A stretch of DNA of 64,000 nt from an uncultured Actinomycetes bacterium (GTDB taxonomy: Bacteria > Actinomycetota > Acidimicrobiia > Spongiisociales > DATADW01): assembly GCA_963824995.1 (NCBI GenBank), contig CAWGRK010000008.1, positions 1-64,000 on the forward strand, written 5' to 3'. The position numbers and the translations under genes were made by a program. Shown piece after piece: positions 21,639-31,570 of the stretch; positions within the stretch are counted from its first letter, which is position 1, and each line of letters opens with the position of its first letter. The notes under the pieces are model-generated. The model did not search any database, was not told the origin of the DNA, and saw only the letters and a program-made list of their open reading frames with translations.

Positions 21639-22498
21639 ACGACCTGCACGACCTCACTGCCGTCTACGTCCTCGATGCCCTCGACCCCGGCGAGCGGGCC
21701 GAGTACGAGGTGCACCTCGCCGGGTGCGACCAATGCCGCCGGGAGGTTGCCGCGCTGCGCGAGACCTCGGCTGAGCTTGCGGAGAGCGTGGCAGCCGAGC
21801 CTTCGCCGGGTCTGCGCGACAGGGTGCTGGCTCAAGTGACGACCACACCTCAGGTTTCGATCCGCCCGACGCCGCTGAGGCCGGCACCATCCGAACCCGC
21901 CCCCGGGACGGCGGCGACCCCGTCACCGGCCCCGCCCTCGCGGGCGCTCACCGCCTGGCTGGCGGCAGCCGTGGCGGCGCTCGTGCTCGGCGCCGCAGCC
22001 CTCGGATTCCTCGCAGTCCGCCTCGACCAGCGGCTCGATGATGTGAACACGAGGCTGGCCGCCACCGAGGCGCAGTTGGAGGAGACCGAGGGCCAACTCG
22101 CCTCCACCGAGGCGAGGCTGGCCGAGACCGAATCACAGTTGGTCAGCGCCGGAGAACTGCGCGCCGTGCTCGCCTCGAACGACGGCTCGGTGGTCTCGCT
22201 CGCAGGCCCCGGCGAGGGCACGATGCGGTTCGCCTATTCACCCACCACTGGCCAAGGCGTCCTCATCGGTGACGGGATGGCACCGGTGGATGAGTCCGAG
22301 ACCTACCAGGCGTGGCTCATCGAGGATGGTGTTCCCCAGCCTGCGGGGCTGTTCTCGCCTACCGACGGAGAGGTCACGTTCGCCGTGGAGGGCGACCCCG
22401 GCGAGGCCGAGGTGGTGGCGGTCACCGTGGAGCCGGCCGGTGGGTCGCCACAGCCAACTTCAGACATTCTCTACCTGAGCGAGCTCAGCGAGGCCTGA
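21635..22498 (+). CDS. rskA: Anti-sigma-K factor RskA-like
   Basis: ZAS HLAGCDQC, TM helix, coiled coil, TYQAW, AVTVEPAGGSPQPT; ATGA overlap with the sigma gene. Confidence 0.88.
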   Translation: MNDLHDLTAVYVLDALDPGERAEYEVHLAGCDQCRREVAALRETSAELAESVAAEPSPGLRDRVLAQVTTTPQVSIRPTPLRPAPSEPAPGTAATPSPAPPSRALTAWLAAAVAALVLGAAALGFLAVRLDQRLDDVNTRLAATEAQLEETEGQLASTEARLAETESQLVSAGELRAVLASNDGSVVSLAGPGEGTMRFAYSPTTGQGVLIGDGMAPVDESETYQAWLIEDGVPQPAGLFSPTDGEVTFAVEGDPGEAEVVAVTVEPAGGSPQPTSDILYLSELSEA

Positions 22499-22535
22499 GC
22501 CGGTAACGTTTTGCCGCCCTTACAGGGAGGCGCCT

Positions 22536-23714
22536 TTGCCCATCCCGGTCCCCAGGTTCACTCTCGGGATAGAGGAGGAGTACCTCCTCGTCGACCCCGC
22601 CAGCGGCGATCTCGCCGCGGATCCACCCCCGACCATGATGGATGAGGCGCAGGCGCTCCTCGTGGACCAGGTGTCACCCGAGTTCCTCCGCAGCCAGATC
22701 GAGGTGGGCACCGCCATCTGCCGGGACATCACTGAGGCACGCGTCGAGCTGAGCAAGCTGCGGCTGGCGGTCTGCGAAGTGGCCTCGAGCCACGGTTTGG
22801 CGGTCATTGCCGCCTCCACCCACCCCTTCGGGCGATGGGGCGCCCAACTCGTCACCGACAAGGAGCGCTACATGATGCTGGAGCGCGACCTGGCCATGGT
22901 GGCCCGCCGGTTGGTCATCGGGGGGATGCACGTCCACGTCGAAATCGGTGATCCCGACCTCCGCATCGATCTGATGAACCAGCTCAAGTACTTCCTTCCC
23001 CACCTGCTCGCCCTGAGCACATCATCACCGTTCTGGGAGGGCTACGACACCGGTCTCAAGAGCTACAGGCTGAGCGTCTTCGGGTCGATGCCCCGGACCG
23101 GACTCCCCGATGAGTTCTCCACCTGGACCGACTACGAGCGGCATGTCCAGGTGCTGGTGGACAACGAGATCATCGAGGACGCCAGCAAGATGTGGTGGCA
23201 CATCCGGCCGAGCGCCCGTTTTCCGACCCTGGAGATGCGGGTGGCCGACGTGTGCACCCGCTTGGAGGACGCCCTCGGAGTGGCAGCGCTCTACGTCTCG
23301 CTGCTCCACCTCCTCTATCGGCGGCGGAGCGAAAACCAGCGCTGGCGCCAATACGCCCCGATGCTCATCTCGGAGAACCTGTGGCGAGCACAGCGGTACG
23401 GCGTGCACGGCTCGCTGATGGACTTCGGAAAGGGCGACCTCGTGTCGTTCCCCGATCTGGTGGACGAGCTGATCGAGATGACGAGGATCGATGCCGAGGA
23501 GTTGGGGTGCGTCGCCGAGTTGGAGCACACCCGCACCATCGCGGCTCGGGGCACGTCTGCAGACCTGCAGCTTGCCGCTTATCGCCAAGCGATATCCGAG
23601 GGCGCCAGCGAGCACGATGCGCTGCGCGCCGTCGTAGACATGCTCATCGACGAGACCACCAACGGCCTCGTGTCGCAGACGTCGCCTGCGGCGGAGTCCC
23701 CGACTACTGCTTGA
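22536..23714 (+). CDS. Carboxylate-amine ligase (YbdK / glutamate-cysteine ligase family 2)
   Basis: TLGIEEEY, QIEVGT, ASTHPF, GMHVHV, SSPFW, IRPS, TLEMR. Confidence 0.92.
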   Translation: MPIPVPRFTLGIEEEYLLVDPASGDLAADPPPTMMDEAQALLVDQVSPEFLRSQIEVGTAICRDITEARVELSKLRLAVCEVASSHGLAVIAASTHPFGRWGAQLVTDKERYMMLERDLAMVARRLVIGGMHVHVEIGDPDLRIDLMNQLKYFLPHLLALSTSSPFWEGYDTGLKSYRLSVFGSMPRTGLPDEFSTWTDYERHVQVLVDNEIIEDASKMWWHIRPSARFPTLEMRVADVCTRLEDALGVAALYVSLLHLLYRRRSENQRWRQYAPMLISENLWRAQRYGVHGSLMDFGKGDLVSFPDLVDELIEMTRIDAEELGCVAELEHTRTIAARGTSADLQLAAYRQAISEGASEHDALRAVVDMLIDETTNGLVSQTSPAAESPTTA

Positions 23715-23949
23715 CCAGGAAGTCGCCGATCTTGTCCTGAGCGGCCCGCATCACCTGCCCGGTGAGATCCTGGAGTCCGCGGGCGATCGCCAGTTCCTCG
23801 CCGATCACCGGAAGCGGCGGGTCAGCCGGGTTGCGGCGCGCCTTTCCCACCGCCTCGAAGTGGTCGCCGCGGAGATTGAGCACGGCATGTGCCATGGTCT
23901 CCACCTCGTCCTCGGCCAGATGGAGGTGGAGGGTGACGTCCTTCTCCAT
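23704..23949 (-). CDS. DUF1876 family protein
   Basis: GKARRNPADPPLPVIGEELAIARGL motif. Confidence 0.85.
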   Translation of the reverse strand: MEKDVTLHLHLAEDEVETMAHAVLNLRGDHFEAVGKARRNPADPPLPVIGEELAIARGLQDLTGQVMRAAQDKIGDFLVKQ

Positions 23950-24028
23950 AGGGTCCTCCCTTCAGCCCCACGAGCGTACGCCGGTGGAGGCGCCGGTCGT
24001 CGGGGTCGACCCGCTGACTATGCCGGGC

Positions 24029-24916
24029 TCAGCCTTGCCCGAAAGTCACTTCGACGCTCACCTCTTCCACGCCCCGCAGCAACGACACCGCGACCACCGA
24101 TCCGGGTGCGACCCCGTCGAGGACTTCGTAGAGATCGTCAGGGTCGGTGAGCGCCCGTCCGCCGAGTTCGGTGAGGAGATCGCCCTGGCGGATCCCGGCC
24201 GCAGCCGCCGGGCCATCCTCGAACACCATCCTCACGAGGACGCCATCGACATCGGGGAGACCTACGGCACGACGCAGTTTCTTGGCCACCTCCGCAGGCG
24301 CTACCCCCACGCCGAGCCTCGGACGCTCCGAGGTCTGTCCGCTCGACAGCCGCTCTACCGCGCCCTTCAGATCCTCGTCCGCCGGTATCGCGAGATAGAA
24401 GCCTTCGCCGAGGCGGTTGGTGTTGAGCCCGACCAACTGGCCATCAATGTCTACGACCGGCCCACCCGACGCCCCCGGAAGGAGCGGTGCGGTGTGCTCG
24501 AGGCTCCCCGAGATGGCACGCCCACGGGGACCCCGGAAGCTGCGTCCGGTTCCCGAGACGAAACCGAAGGTGACCCGCAGCCCCATTCCGCCCGGGTTGG
24601 CCAGCGCAACCACCGGCGAGCCCAGAGCGACCTCGCCGTTGGGCGCCCACGTCAGCGGGGCGGCGTCACCGGTGTCTACCGCAACCACGGCCAGATCCTC
24701 GTCGAGATCGGCGCCGCTGACCGTGCCCGTCTCCGTGCGCCCGTCGGGAAACGACACAGTCACCTGCTCGCCTCTGAGGTTATGAGCATTGGTGAGCACT
24801 CTGCCCTCGGAGATGACGATCCCCGTGCCCCGTCGGTTACGGCCGATCCCCACGACGGATGGCCCCACACTGTCGGCTACCGACACGATGGCCTGTTGCA
24901 TCTCGGAGAGCGACAT
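24029..24916 (-). CDS. S1C serine protease with PDZ, no signal peptide
   Basis: LTNAHN, DLAVV, LPGASGGP triad plus PDZ. Confidence 0.9.
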   Translation of the reverse strand: MSLSEMQQAIVSVADSVGPSVVGIGRNRRGTGIVISEGRVLTNAHNLRGEQVTVSFPDGRTETGTVSGADLDEDLAVVAVDTGDAAPLTWAPNGEVALGSPVVALANPGGMGLRVTFGFVSGTGRSFRGPRGRAISGSLEHTAPLLPGASGGPVVDIDGQLVGLNTNRLGEGFYLAIPADEDLKGAVERLSSGQTSERPRLGVGVAPAEVAKKLRRAVGLPDVDGVLVRMVFEDGPAAAAGIRQGDLLTELGGRALTDPDDLYEVLDGVAPGSVVAVSLLRGVEEVSVEVTFGQG

Positions 24917-24937
24917 CTCTACCTCTCTGGGTAACTA

Positions 24938-24953
24938 GTGACTTGCAAGTGAC
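24938..24953. promoter_or_regulatory. Palindromic operator candidate between the divergent protease and HxlR genes
   Basis: Perfect palindrome ACTTGCAAGT at 24941-24950 in an AT-richer spacer. Confidence 0.45.
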
Positions 24954-24989
24954 AATGTACAGGTTCGGTTGATACTGTCAAGCCCGAAA

Positions 24990-25403
24990 ATGCCTGAACC
25001 TGCCTCGCCTCTGGCCGAAGCGCTCGCCCGAGTTGGCGATCGTTGGACTCTCCTCGTGGTGGAAGCGCTGCTCGAGGGCCCACGCCGATTCTCGGAGCTG
25101 GGCGAGCAGGTGGGGGGTATCGCCCCCAACATCCTCTCGCAGCGCCTCAAGCACTTGGAACGGGAGGGTCTGGTTCTCGCAGAGCCGTATACCGATCGCC
25201 CTCCCAGGTTCGAGTACCGGCTGACCGCGCCGGGAAAGGAGTTGGCGGATGCGCTGCGGGCGCTGAGTCAATGGGGCGCCCAGCACTCCGAGGCCGAGGT
25301 TCCTCGGCACGACGCCTGCGGATCCCCGCTCGAGGTGCGCTGGTGGTGCCCCACATGCGCCGCCGTCGCCGACCCCGACGAGGCCGACCTCCGCTACGTG
25401 TGA
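24990..25403 (+). CDS. HxlR family transcriptional regulator with C-terminal HxxC...CxxC
   Basis: VGDRWTLL, GPRRFSEL, LSQRLK, EYRLT; HDACG and CPTC. Confidence 0.9.
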   Translation: MPEPASPLAEALARVGDRWTLLVVEALLEGPRRFSELGEQVGGIAPNILSQRLKHLEREGLVLAEPYTDRPPRFEYRLTAPGKELADALRALSQWGAQHSEAEVPRHDACGSPLEVRWWCPTCAAVADPDEADLRYV

Positions 25404-26641
25404 CCGTTCCGCTCGACCCTGAGGCAGTCCGTGCGCTCTTTCCCGCCTTGCGCCGCACCCTCGATGGCCGCCAGGTGGCCTACCTCGACGGACCTGGCGG
25501 CACCCAGGTGCCCGAAGCTGTCATCGATGCGATAGCCGACTACCTCCGCCAGGGCGGGAGCAACCTCGGCGGTGGGTTCGCCAGCAGCCACGCCTCGGAG
25601 CGGATCGTCACAGGAGCGAGGGATGCGGTTGCCGACCTCATGGGTACCGACCCCGCTGCGGTCGCATTCGGACAGAACATGACCAGCCTCACCTTCGCCT
25701 TGAGCCGGGCGCTGGCACGCACCTGGAGCCGGGGCGATCGGGTGGTGGTCACCCAACTGGACCACGATGCCAACGTCACCCCCTGGGTGGTGGCCGCCGA
25801 GGAACACGGGGTTGAAGTGGATCGGGCGCGGATCCGGATCGAGGACGGGACACTCGACCATGATCACCTCGAGTCGCTGCTCGGCGAACGGACCCGGATG
25901 GTGGCGGTGACGGCGGCGTCCAATGCGTTGGGGACGGTGGTGGACGTCGCCCGTGTAGCCGAGGCGGCGCACCGGGTGGGTGCGGTTGTCTACGTAGATG
26001 CCGTCCACTTCACCCCACATCATCGGGTGGACCTGGCGACGCTCGGCGCCGATCTGTTGGTCGCCTCGGCGTACAAGTTCTTCGGGCCACACACCGGAGT
26101 CCTCGCTGGTCGGTTGCAGTTGCTCGACGAGATCGATGCCTACCGGCTCCGCCCGGCACCCGAGGACCCGCCGGGGAAGTGGGAGACGGGAACCCAGAGC
26201 TTCGAGAGCCTTGCCGGTGTGACCGCCGCCGTGGACTACCTCGCCTCTCTGGGCCGGATCGCCGGCGGCAGCGGGGACCGCAGGACGCTGCTCGACGCCG
26301 CCATGGCCGCGGTCACCAATCACGAGACCCGACTCTCCCGTCGCTTTCTCGACAGCCTCGAGACCTTGCGTGGTGTCCGTCTCCACGGTCCCGGCGGAGT
26401 CGCACCCCGTTGCCCGACATTCGCCCTCGAAGTGGAGGGTCTCCACCCGAACGATGTCGTCATCGCTTTGGCCGACCGCGGCGTCTTCGCCTGGGCCGGG
26501 CATTACTACGCCATCGAGCCGATGAAGGCCCTGGGCGTCCTCGACCGCGGCGGCCTGGTCAGGATCGGCTTCGTCCACACCACCACCGAGGCAGAAGTCG
26601 ACCGGGTGCTCGAAGAGCTGCAGACGATCAGCAAGGGGTAG
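25400..26641 (+). CDS. Cysteine desulfurase-like protein (class V aminotransferase, VC1184 type)
   Basis: YLDGPGGTQVP, LDHDAN, YVDAVH, SAYKFFGPH (PLP Lys), ETGT; GTG overlaps the HxlR stop. Confidence 0.9.
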   Translation: MTVPLDPEAVRALFPALRRTLDGRQVAYLDGPGGTQVPEAVIDAIADYLRQGGSNLGGGFASSHASERIVTGARDAVADLMGTDPAAVAFGQNMTSLTFALSRALARTWSRGDRVVVTQLDHDANVTPWVVAAEEHGVEVDRARIRIEDGTLDHDHLESLLGERTRMVAVTAASNALGTVVDVARVAEAAHRVGAVVYVDAVHFTPHHRVDLATLGADLLVASAYKFFGPHTGVLAGRLQLLDEIDAYRLRPAPEDPPGKWETGTQSFESLAGVTAAVDYLASLGRIAGGSGDRRTLLDAAMAAVTNHETRLSRRFLDSLETLRGVRLHGPGGVAPRCPTFALEVEGLHPNDVVIALADRGVFAWAGHYYAIEPMKALGVLDRGGLVRIGFVHTTTEAEVDRVLEELQTISKG

Positions 26642-26730
26642 CCCACCTTCGTCTCTCCACCCGTCGGAGGGTGGTGGAAAGAACTGGTCAGTGGGTCACT
26701 TTCCCCTGCGGGCAAGGAAATGGATCGGCT

Positions 26731-26751
26731 GCCGTCCGCCGTCCGCCGTCC
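26731..26751 (-). repeat. GGACGGC heptamer x3 (minus strand)
   Basis: gccgtcc gccgtcc gccgtcc. Confidence 0.85.
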
Positions 26752-26860
26752 TTGTCTGCAGTCAGGGAACCCCCAATGCCACCGGCCCGCCCCTTCCGAC
26801 TCGCTCTATACCCATAACCCCGAAAGGCGAGCGCAGCGAGCACCTGCCACCATCGCCTCG

Positions 26861-27311
26861 ATGCGTCGCCCAAAACCGGTCATTGGATGGCGGGAGTGGC
26901 TCGAGTTGCCCGGGTTGGGGATCTCGGCGATCAAGGCGAAGGTGGACACCGGCGCCAGGTCTTCGTCACTCCACGCGTACGGCATCGAGCGATTTCGAAG
27001 GGATGGCCGCTCGATGGCGAGGTTCGCCATCCACCCGCTCCAGCGCCATGCGGCACCGGAACTGATCGCCGAGGTGGTGGTGGTGGACGAGCGAATGGTG
27101 CGCAACCCGGGAGGGAGACTTCGAGCTGCGGCCTGTAATCACGACCGATGTCTCTCTTGCCGGGATCACCTGGCCGGTCGAGATCAACCTGACCACACGC
27201 GACGAGATGGGGTTCCGCATGCTTCTCGGTCGCCAGGCGCTACGCGGTAGGTTCGTGGTGGATCCCGGTCGTTCATTCCTCGCCGGCCGGGACGCTTTTG
27301 CGGAGCAGTAG
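26861..27311 (+). CDS. RimK-associated retropepsin-like protease (RimB-like), frameshifted near 27118
   Basis: IGWREW and KAKVDTGARSSSLHA; after a frame change ELRPVI...LTTRDEMGFRMLLGRQALRGRFVVDPGRSF. Confidence 0.85.
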
Positions 27312-27320
27312 AAAGGCGCC

Positions 27321-28224
27321 ATGCATCTCGGCATCCTGTCTCGGCGGTCCTCCCTCTACTCGACGCGCCGGTTGCGCGAGGCGGCCCAGGACCAGGGACA
27401 CGACGTCCGGGTGGTCGATTACCTCCGCTGCTATATGAGAATCACGTCGAAGCGGCCTTCTGTGGTCCTCGCCGGTGATGAACTCAAGTTCGACGCCGTG
27501 ATCCCGCGGATCGGCGCCACCTACACCTTCTATGGGGCGGCGGTGGTCCGCCAGTTCGAGATGATGGGTGTATTCACCGCCAACGAGTCGCAGGCCATCA
27601 GTCGATCGCGCGACAAGCTCCGGTCCCACCAGGTGCTGGCCCGTGCAGGAGTCGGCATGCCGGTGACCGCCTTCGCCCACGCCACCCGCGACACCGAAGG
27701 GCTGCTCGACATCGCCGGTGGCGCCCCTGTCGTGGTGAAACTGCTCGAGGGAACGCAAGGGGTGGGCGTGGTGCTCGCCGAGACACGCAAGGCGGCGGAG
27801 TCGGTGATAGGCGCCTTCCGTCAGTTGGACGCCAACGTCTTGGTCCAGGAGTACATCAAGGAATCGAAGGGCGCCGACATCCGCGCCTTCGTCGTCGGGG
27901 GGAAGGTGGTGGCGGCCATGCGACGTCAGGCGGCGCCCGGTGAGTTCCGATCCGAACCTCCACCGCGGTGGGTCTGCAGAGAAGGTCAAGCTGGCCACGA
28001 TCGAGCGGACGACCGCGGTCAAGGCGGCGAAGGCCGTTGGGCTCGACGTAGCCGGTGTGGACCTGATCACCTCGAACCACGGCCCGCTGGTGATCGAGGT
28101 GAACTCCTCGCCCGGTCTCGAGGGCATCGAAGGCGCCACCGGCATCGACGTCGCCGCAGCCATCATCAGGTTCGTCGAGGAAGGCTCCACCCGGGTGAGA
28201 AGGCGTGCCCGGATCACGGGCTGA
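27321..28224 (+). CDS. rimK: RimK family alpha-L-glutamate ligase (ATP-grasp), frameshifted near 27953
   Basis: [43 protein letters not shown] split by one extra base; [12 protein letters not shown]. Confidence 0.9.
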
Positions 28225-29254
28225 CCGCAACTCCCCGATCACCGTTGGCACGGTGACGGTCGAGCCTGGGCGCCGCCGGAGCCTCGAGTTGCCTATCGCC
28301 CGGTTGAGCACCGGGACCTCGCTCAACCTGCCGGTCGAGGTCACCAACGGGCGCTACCGGGGGCCGCGGATCTGGGTGAGCGCTGCAGTCCACGGCGACG
28401 AGTTGAATGGCGTTGAGATCATCCGCCGGCTGGTTCGCAGGGTGGATCCCCGTTCATTGGCCGGGACCTTGATCGCAGTCCCGATCGTCAACGTGTTCGG
28501 CTTCGTCAACGAATCGCGCTATCTCCCCGATCGTCGTGACCTCAACCGTTCTTTTCCCGGTTCGGCACGCGGGTCGTTGGCGGCTCGCCTGGCGAACCTG
28601 TTTCTTCGCACCGTCGTGGCGCACTGCGATGTAGGCATCGACCTCCATACCGCCGGCGGTGAGAGATCGAACGTTCCCCAGGTCCGGGGAGACCTCGACG
28701 ACCCCGAGACGAGAAGGCTGGCGGAGTCGTTCGGCGCTCCCTTCCTGGTCGAGGCGAGGCTTAGAGATGGCTCTCTCCGCCAAGCGGCGACCCAGATGGG
28801 CAAGCGGGTCCTGGTCTATGAGGCGGGGCAGGTCCGTCGCTTCGAGGAACACTGCATCGAGGTGGGTACGTCCGGTGTACTCCGGACGATGACGGCCCTC
28901 GGAATGGGCGATTGGGGGGTGCCTTTCCCAAGGGACCGGCCCGTGCTGGTGCGCCGTACCACATGGGTGCGGGCGCGCCGCAGCGGGATCGCCCTACTCG
29001 AAGTCGAGTTGGGCGACAAGGTGGAGCAGGGACAGGTCCTGGGCACGATCGGCGATGCTCTGCAGAGCCGCCCGTCGCGGATCACCGCTCCAGTCACCGG
29101 TTGGGTGATCGCCGTCACCCTCGATCCGCTCGTCAGCCAAGGGGACGCCCTGGTGCACCTCGCCTTGGCCGACGATGCGGTCAGAGTGCGGCTCGATCGC
29201 GGTCCCGAGTCGCGTTCGCGCGCTCGGAGGGGGCCCGAGAGCGATCCTCACTGA
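28205..29254 (+). CDS. Succinylglutamate desuccinylase/aspartoacylase family (M14-like)
   Basis: [35 protein letters not shown]. Confidence 0.92.
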   Translation: MPGSRADRNSPITVGTVTVEPGRRRSLELPIARLSTGTSLNLPVEVTNGRYRGPRIWVSAAVHGDELNGVEIIRRLVRRVDPRSLAGTLIAVPIVNVFGFVNESRYLPDRRDLNRSFPGSARGSLAARLANLFLRTVVAHCDVGIDLHTAGGERSNVPQVRGDLDDPETRRLAESFGAPFLVEARLRDGSLRQAATQMGKRVLVYEAGQVRRFEEHCIEVGTSGVLRTMTALGMGDWGVPFPRDRPVLVRRTTWVRARRSGIALLEVELGDKVEQGQVLGTIGDALQSRPSRITAPVTGWVIAVTLDPLVSQGDALVHLALADDAVRVRLDRGPESRSRARRGPESDPH

Positions 29255-29255
29255 A

Positions 29256-29840
29256 TCAGCGCGGGATCGTGGTCCGCTTGAACTCGTTGAGACCGGTCCA
29301 CGAGATGAGATCGAGCATCCGGTCGAGGTCGTCCGCCTGATCCCTCGCCATCAGCCGGACGAAGACGGCCTCATCGTCCACGATGAAGGTCGGAACGCCG
29401 AACACCCGCCATCTGTCGGCAAGTTCGGTGTGCTCGGTGCGAAGGGTGTCGAGTGGCTTGCCCTCCGCCACCAGGTCACCGACCACGCTCGGATCGAGAC
29501 CGGCGCCGATCACCACCTCATCCAGCACATCGGGATCTCTCAGATCCCGCCCCTCGTCGTGACGGGCGGTGAACAGGGCGCGGTGCACCTTGCCGAAGGC
29601 CTCTGGGAAGCTGTCACGGACCGCCAATCCCCATTGGAGTGCGAGCACTCCGGATCCCTGCTCACCTGCGGGCCGGTCCCACACCGGCGGCTCGCCCTCG
29701 TGGACATGGACCTGGTTGAGCGAGAATGGACGGAAGCTGACTTCCCATCCTCTGCCATCCTCGAGTCCCGATAGGACCGCCTCGTTGGCATTGCGGGCGA
29801 ACGGGCAGAGATAGTCGTAGGTGACGATGAAGCGGTGCAT
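29256..29840 (-). CDS. DsbA/thioredoxin-fold protein
   Basis: YDYLCPFA and VFGVPTF (cis-Pro); TGLNEFKRT tail. Confidence 0.85.
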   Translation of the reverse strand: MHRFIVTYDYLCPFARNANEAVLSGLEDGRGWEVSFRPFSLNQVHVHEGEPPVWDRPAGEQGSGVLALQWGLAVRDSFPEAFGKVHRALFTARHDEGRDLRDPDVLDEVVIGAGLDPSVVGDLVAEGKPLDTLRTEHTELADRWRVFGVPTFIVDDEAVFVRLMARDQADDLDRMLDLISWTGLNEFKRTTIPR

Positions 29841-29913
29841 GGAGCCAGTGTTGTCTGTTCGGGTCTTCTAACTGCAGAAGTCGGGCGGAGCTTCGGCCGG
29901 CTCCACGGTGGGC

Positions 29914-30201
29914 TCAGCTGGCCTCGCGCAGGCTCCTCAGCCAACGCCGGCGGAGATTGGAGCGCTCCCGGGCGGTGAACCCACCCCAGACCCCCTCGGT
30001 CTGGTTGGTCTCTACCGCGTAGGAGAGGCACTCCTCCTGAACCTGACACCCCGCACAGACCGCCTTCGCACGGGTGATGCCCTCGAGATCCTCGGGCATG
30101 GGGAAGAACATGTCGGGATCGCCGGTACGGCACGCCGCAAGCTCACGCCACTCAGTGACGTCGGCGGTCTCATCGAACCTGGTGGTGGTTGCCTCACTCA
30201 T
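29914..30201 (-). CDS. WhiB family Fe-S transcriptional regulator
   Basis: WRELAAC...FFP...AKAVCAGC...C...GVWGG...ER, with four Cys. Confidence 0.95.
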   Translation of the reverse strand: MSEATTTRFDETADVTEWRELAACRTGDPDMFFPMPEDLEGITRAKAVCAGCQVQEECLSYAVETNQTEGVWGGFTARERSNLRRRWLRSLREAS

Positions 30202-30237
30202 TCTGATCGTCTCCGGGACCGGAACAACGCTCCCCCC

Positions 30238-30251
30238 CGAACATTTGTTCC
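30238..30251. promoter_or_regulatory. LexA (SOS) box candidate upstream of the whiB-family gene
   Basis: cGAAC-ATTT-GTTCc matches the Gram-positive GAAC-N4-GTTC consensus, about 40 bp before the start. Confidence 0.6.
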
Positions 30252-30331
30252 CGGGGAACCCGCCAGACTAGGCGCCCGGACCACCCGGGTCGAGAGGTTT
30301 CTACCCCGCACCGTCCAAGCGCCCAGCGACC

Positions 30332-31549
30332 TCAGCGGGCTTCTTCCCGCTGCCGGCCCAACTCGACCCGGGCGACAGTGCGGAGATGGACCTCGTCGGG
30401 ACCGTCTGCGATCTGGAGGGTCCGGGCATGCGCCCACATCTGGGCCAGCGGGAAGTCCTCGGTCACCCCCGCCCCGCCGAACAACTGCACAGCGCGGTCG
30501 AGTACCCATGTGGCAACCCTCGGGGCGATCACCTTGATGGCCGCAACCTCGGTTCGCGCCTGTCTGGCTCCCCGGTTGTCGATCAGCCAGGCTGTCTTGA
30601 GCACCAGCAGCCGCGCCTGCTCGATCATGATGCGGGACTCGGCGATCCACTCCTGTATCACCCCCCGATCGGCGAGGACCACGCCAAACGTGGTGCGCTC
30701 CGCCGCACGGCGGCACATCAGTTCGAGTGCCCTCTCCGCCATGCCCAGGGCGCGCATGCAGTGGTGGATCCGGCCGGGTCCCAGCCGGGCCTGGGCGATG
30801 GCGAACCCGCTGCCCTCCTCACCGAGAAGGCTGGAGGCCGGGACACGGACCCCATCGAAGCTGATCTCGGCATGACCACCACGGTCGTGGAAGCCGTACA
30901 CCGAGATATCGCGCTCGAGCTTCACACCGTTTGTGTCGAGCGGAACCAGGATCATGGACTGACGGCGATGCGGGTCGGCGTCGGGGTTGGTCACCCCCAT
31001 CACGATCGACAACCGGCAGCGCGGATTGAGCGCTCCCGACGAGAACCACTTGCGGCCCTCGACCACGTATTCGTCGCCCTGCCGTGTAATGGAGGTGCGG
31101 ATATTTGTGGCGTCCGATGAGGCGACGTCGGGCTCGGTCATCGAAAAGCATGAGCGGATCTCGCCTTCGAGCAGAGGTGTCAGCCAGCGCTCTTGTTGCT
31201 CGGAGGTACCGAACATGGCCAGGATCTCCATGTTGCCCGTATCGGGAGCCGAGCAATTGAGCGCCTCCGGGGCCAGTTGCGGGCTCCTCCCCATGATCTC
31301 AGCCAACGGGGCATAGTCGAGAACCGAGAGCCCGGCCCCCCATCTTCTGTCGGGTAGGAACAGGTTCCACAACTCCTGCGAGCGGGCCTCCCTCTTCAGC
31401 TCATCGATGACCGGTGGAGCCTGGTGCGGATCGGACGCCGCGGCCATCTCGGCGGCGTAGCGGGGCTCGGCTGGATAGACGTGCTGATCCATGAAGTGGA
31501 GGAGGCGGGAGCGGTACTCCTCGGCGGTTGGGCTCAGGTCGAAGTCCAT
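30332..31549 (-). CDS. Acyl-CoA dehydrogenase
   Basis: LWNLFLP, NCSAPDTGNME, FSMTEPDVASSDATN, RLGPGRIHHCMR, ADGPDEVH. Confidence 0.95.
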   Translation of the reverse strand: MDFDLSPTAEEYRSRLLHFMDQHVYPAEPRYAAEMAAASDPHQAPPVIDELKREARSQELWNLFLPDRRWGAGLSVLDYAPLAEIMGRSPQLAPEALNCSAPDTGNMEILAMFGTSEQQERWLTPLLEGEIRSCFSMTEPDVASSDATNIRTSITRQGDEYVVEGRKWFSSGALNPRCRLSIVMGVTNPDADPHRRQSMILVPLDTNGVKLERDISVYGFHDRGGHAEISFDGVRVPASSLLGEEGSGFAIAQARLGPGRIHHCMRALGMAERALELMCRRAAERTTFGVVLADRGVIQEWIAESRIMIEQARLLVLKTAWLIDNRGARQARTEVAAIKVIAPRVATWVLDRAVQLFGGAGVTEDFPLAQMWAHARTLQIADGPDEVHLRTVARVELGRQREEAR

Positions 31550-31570
31550 GCCGACAGTCAACACCGGCGC

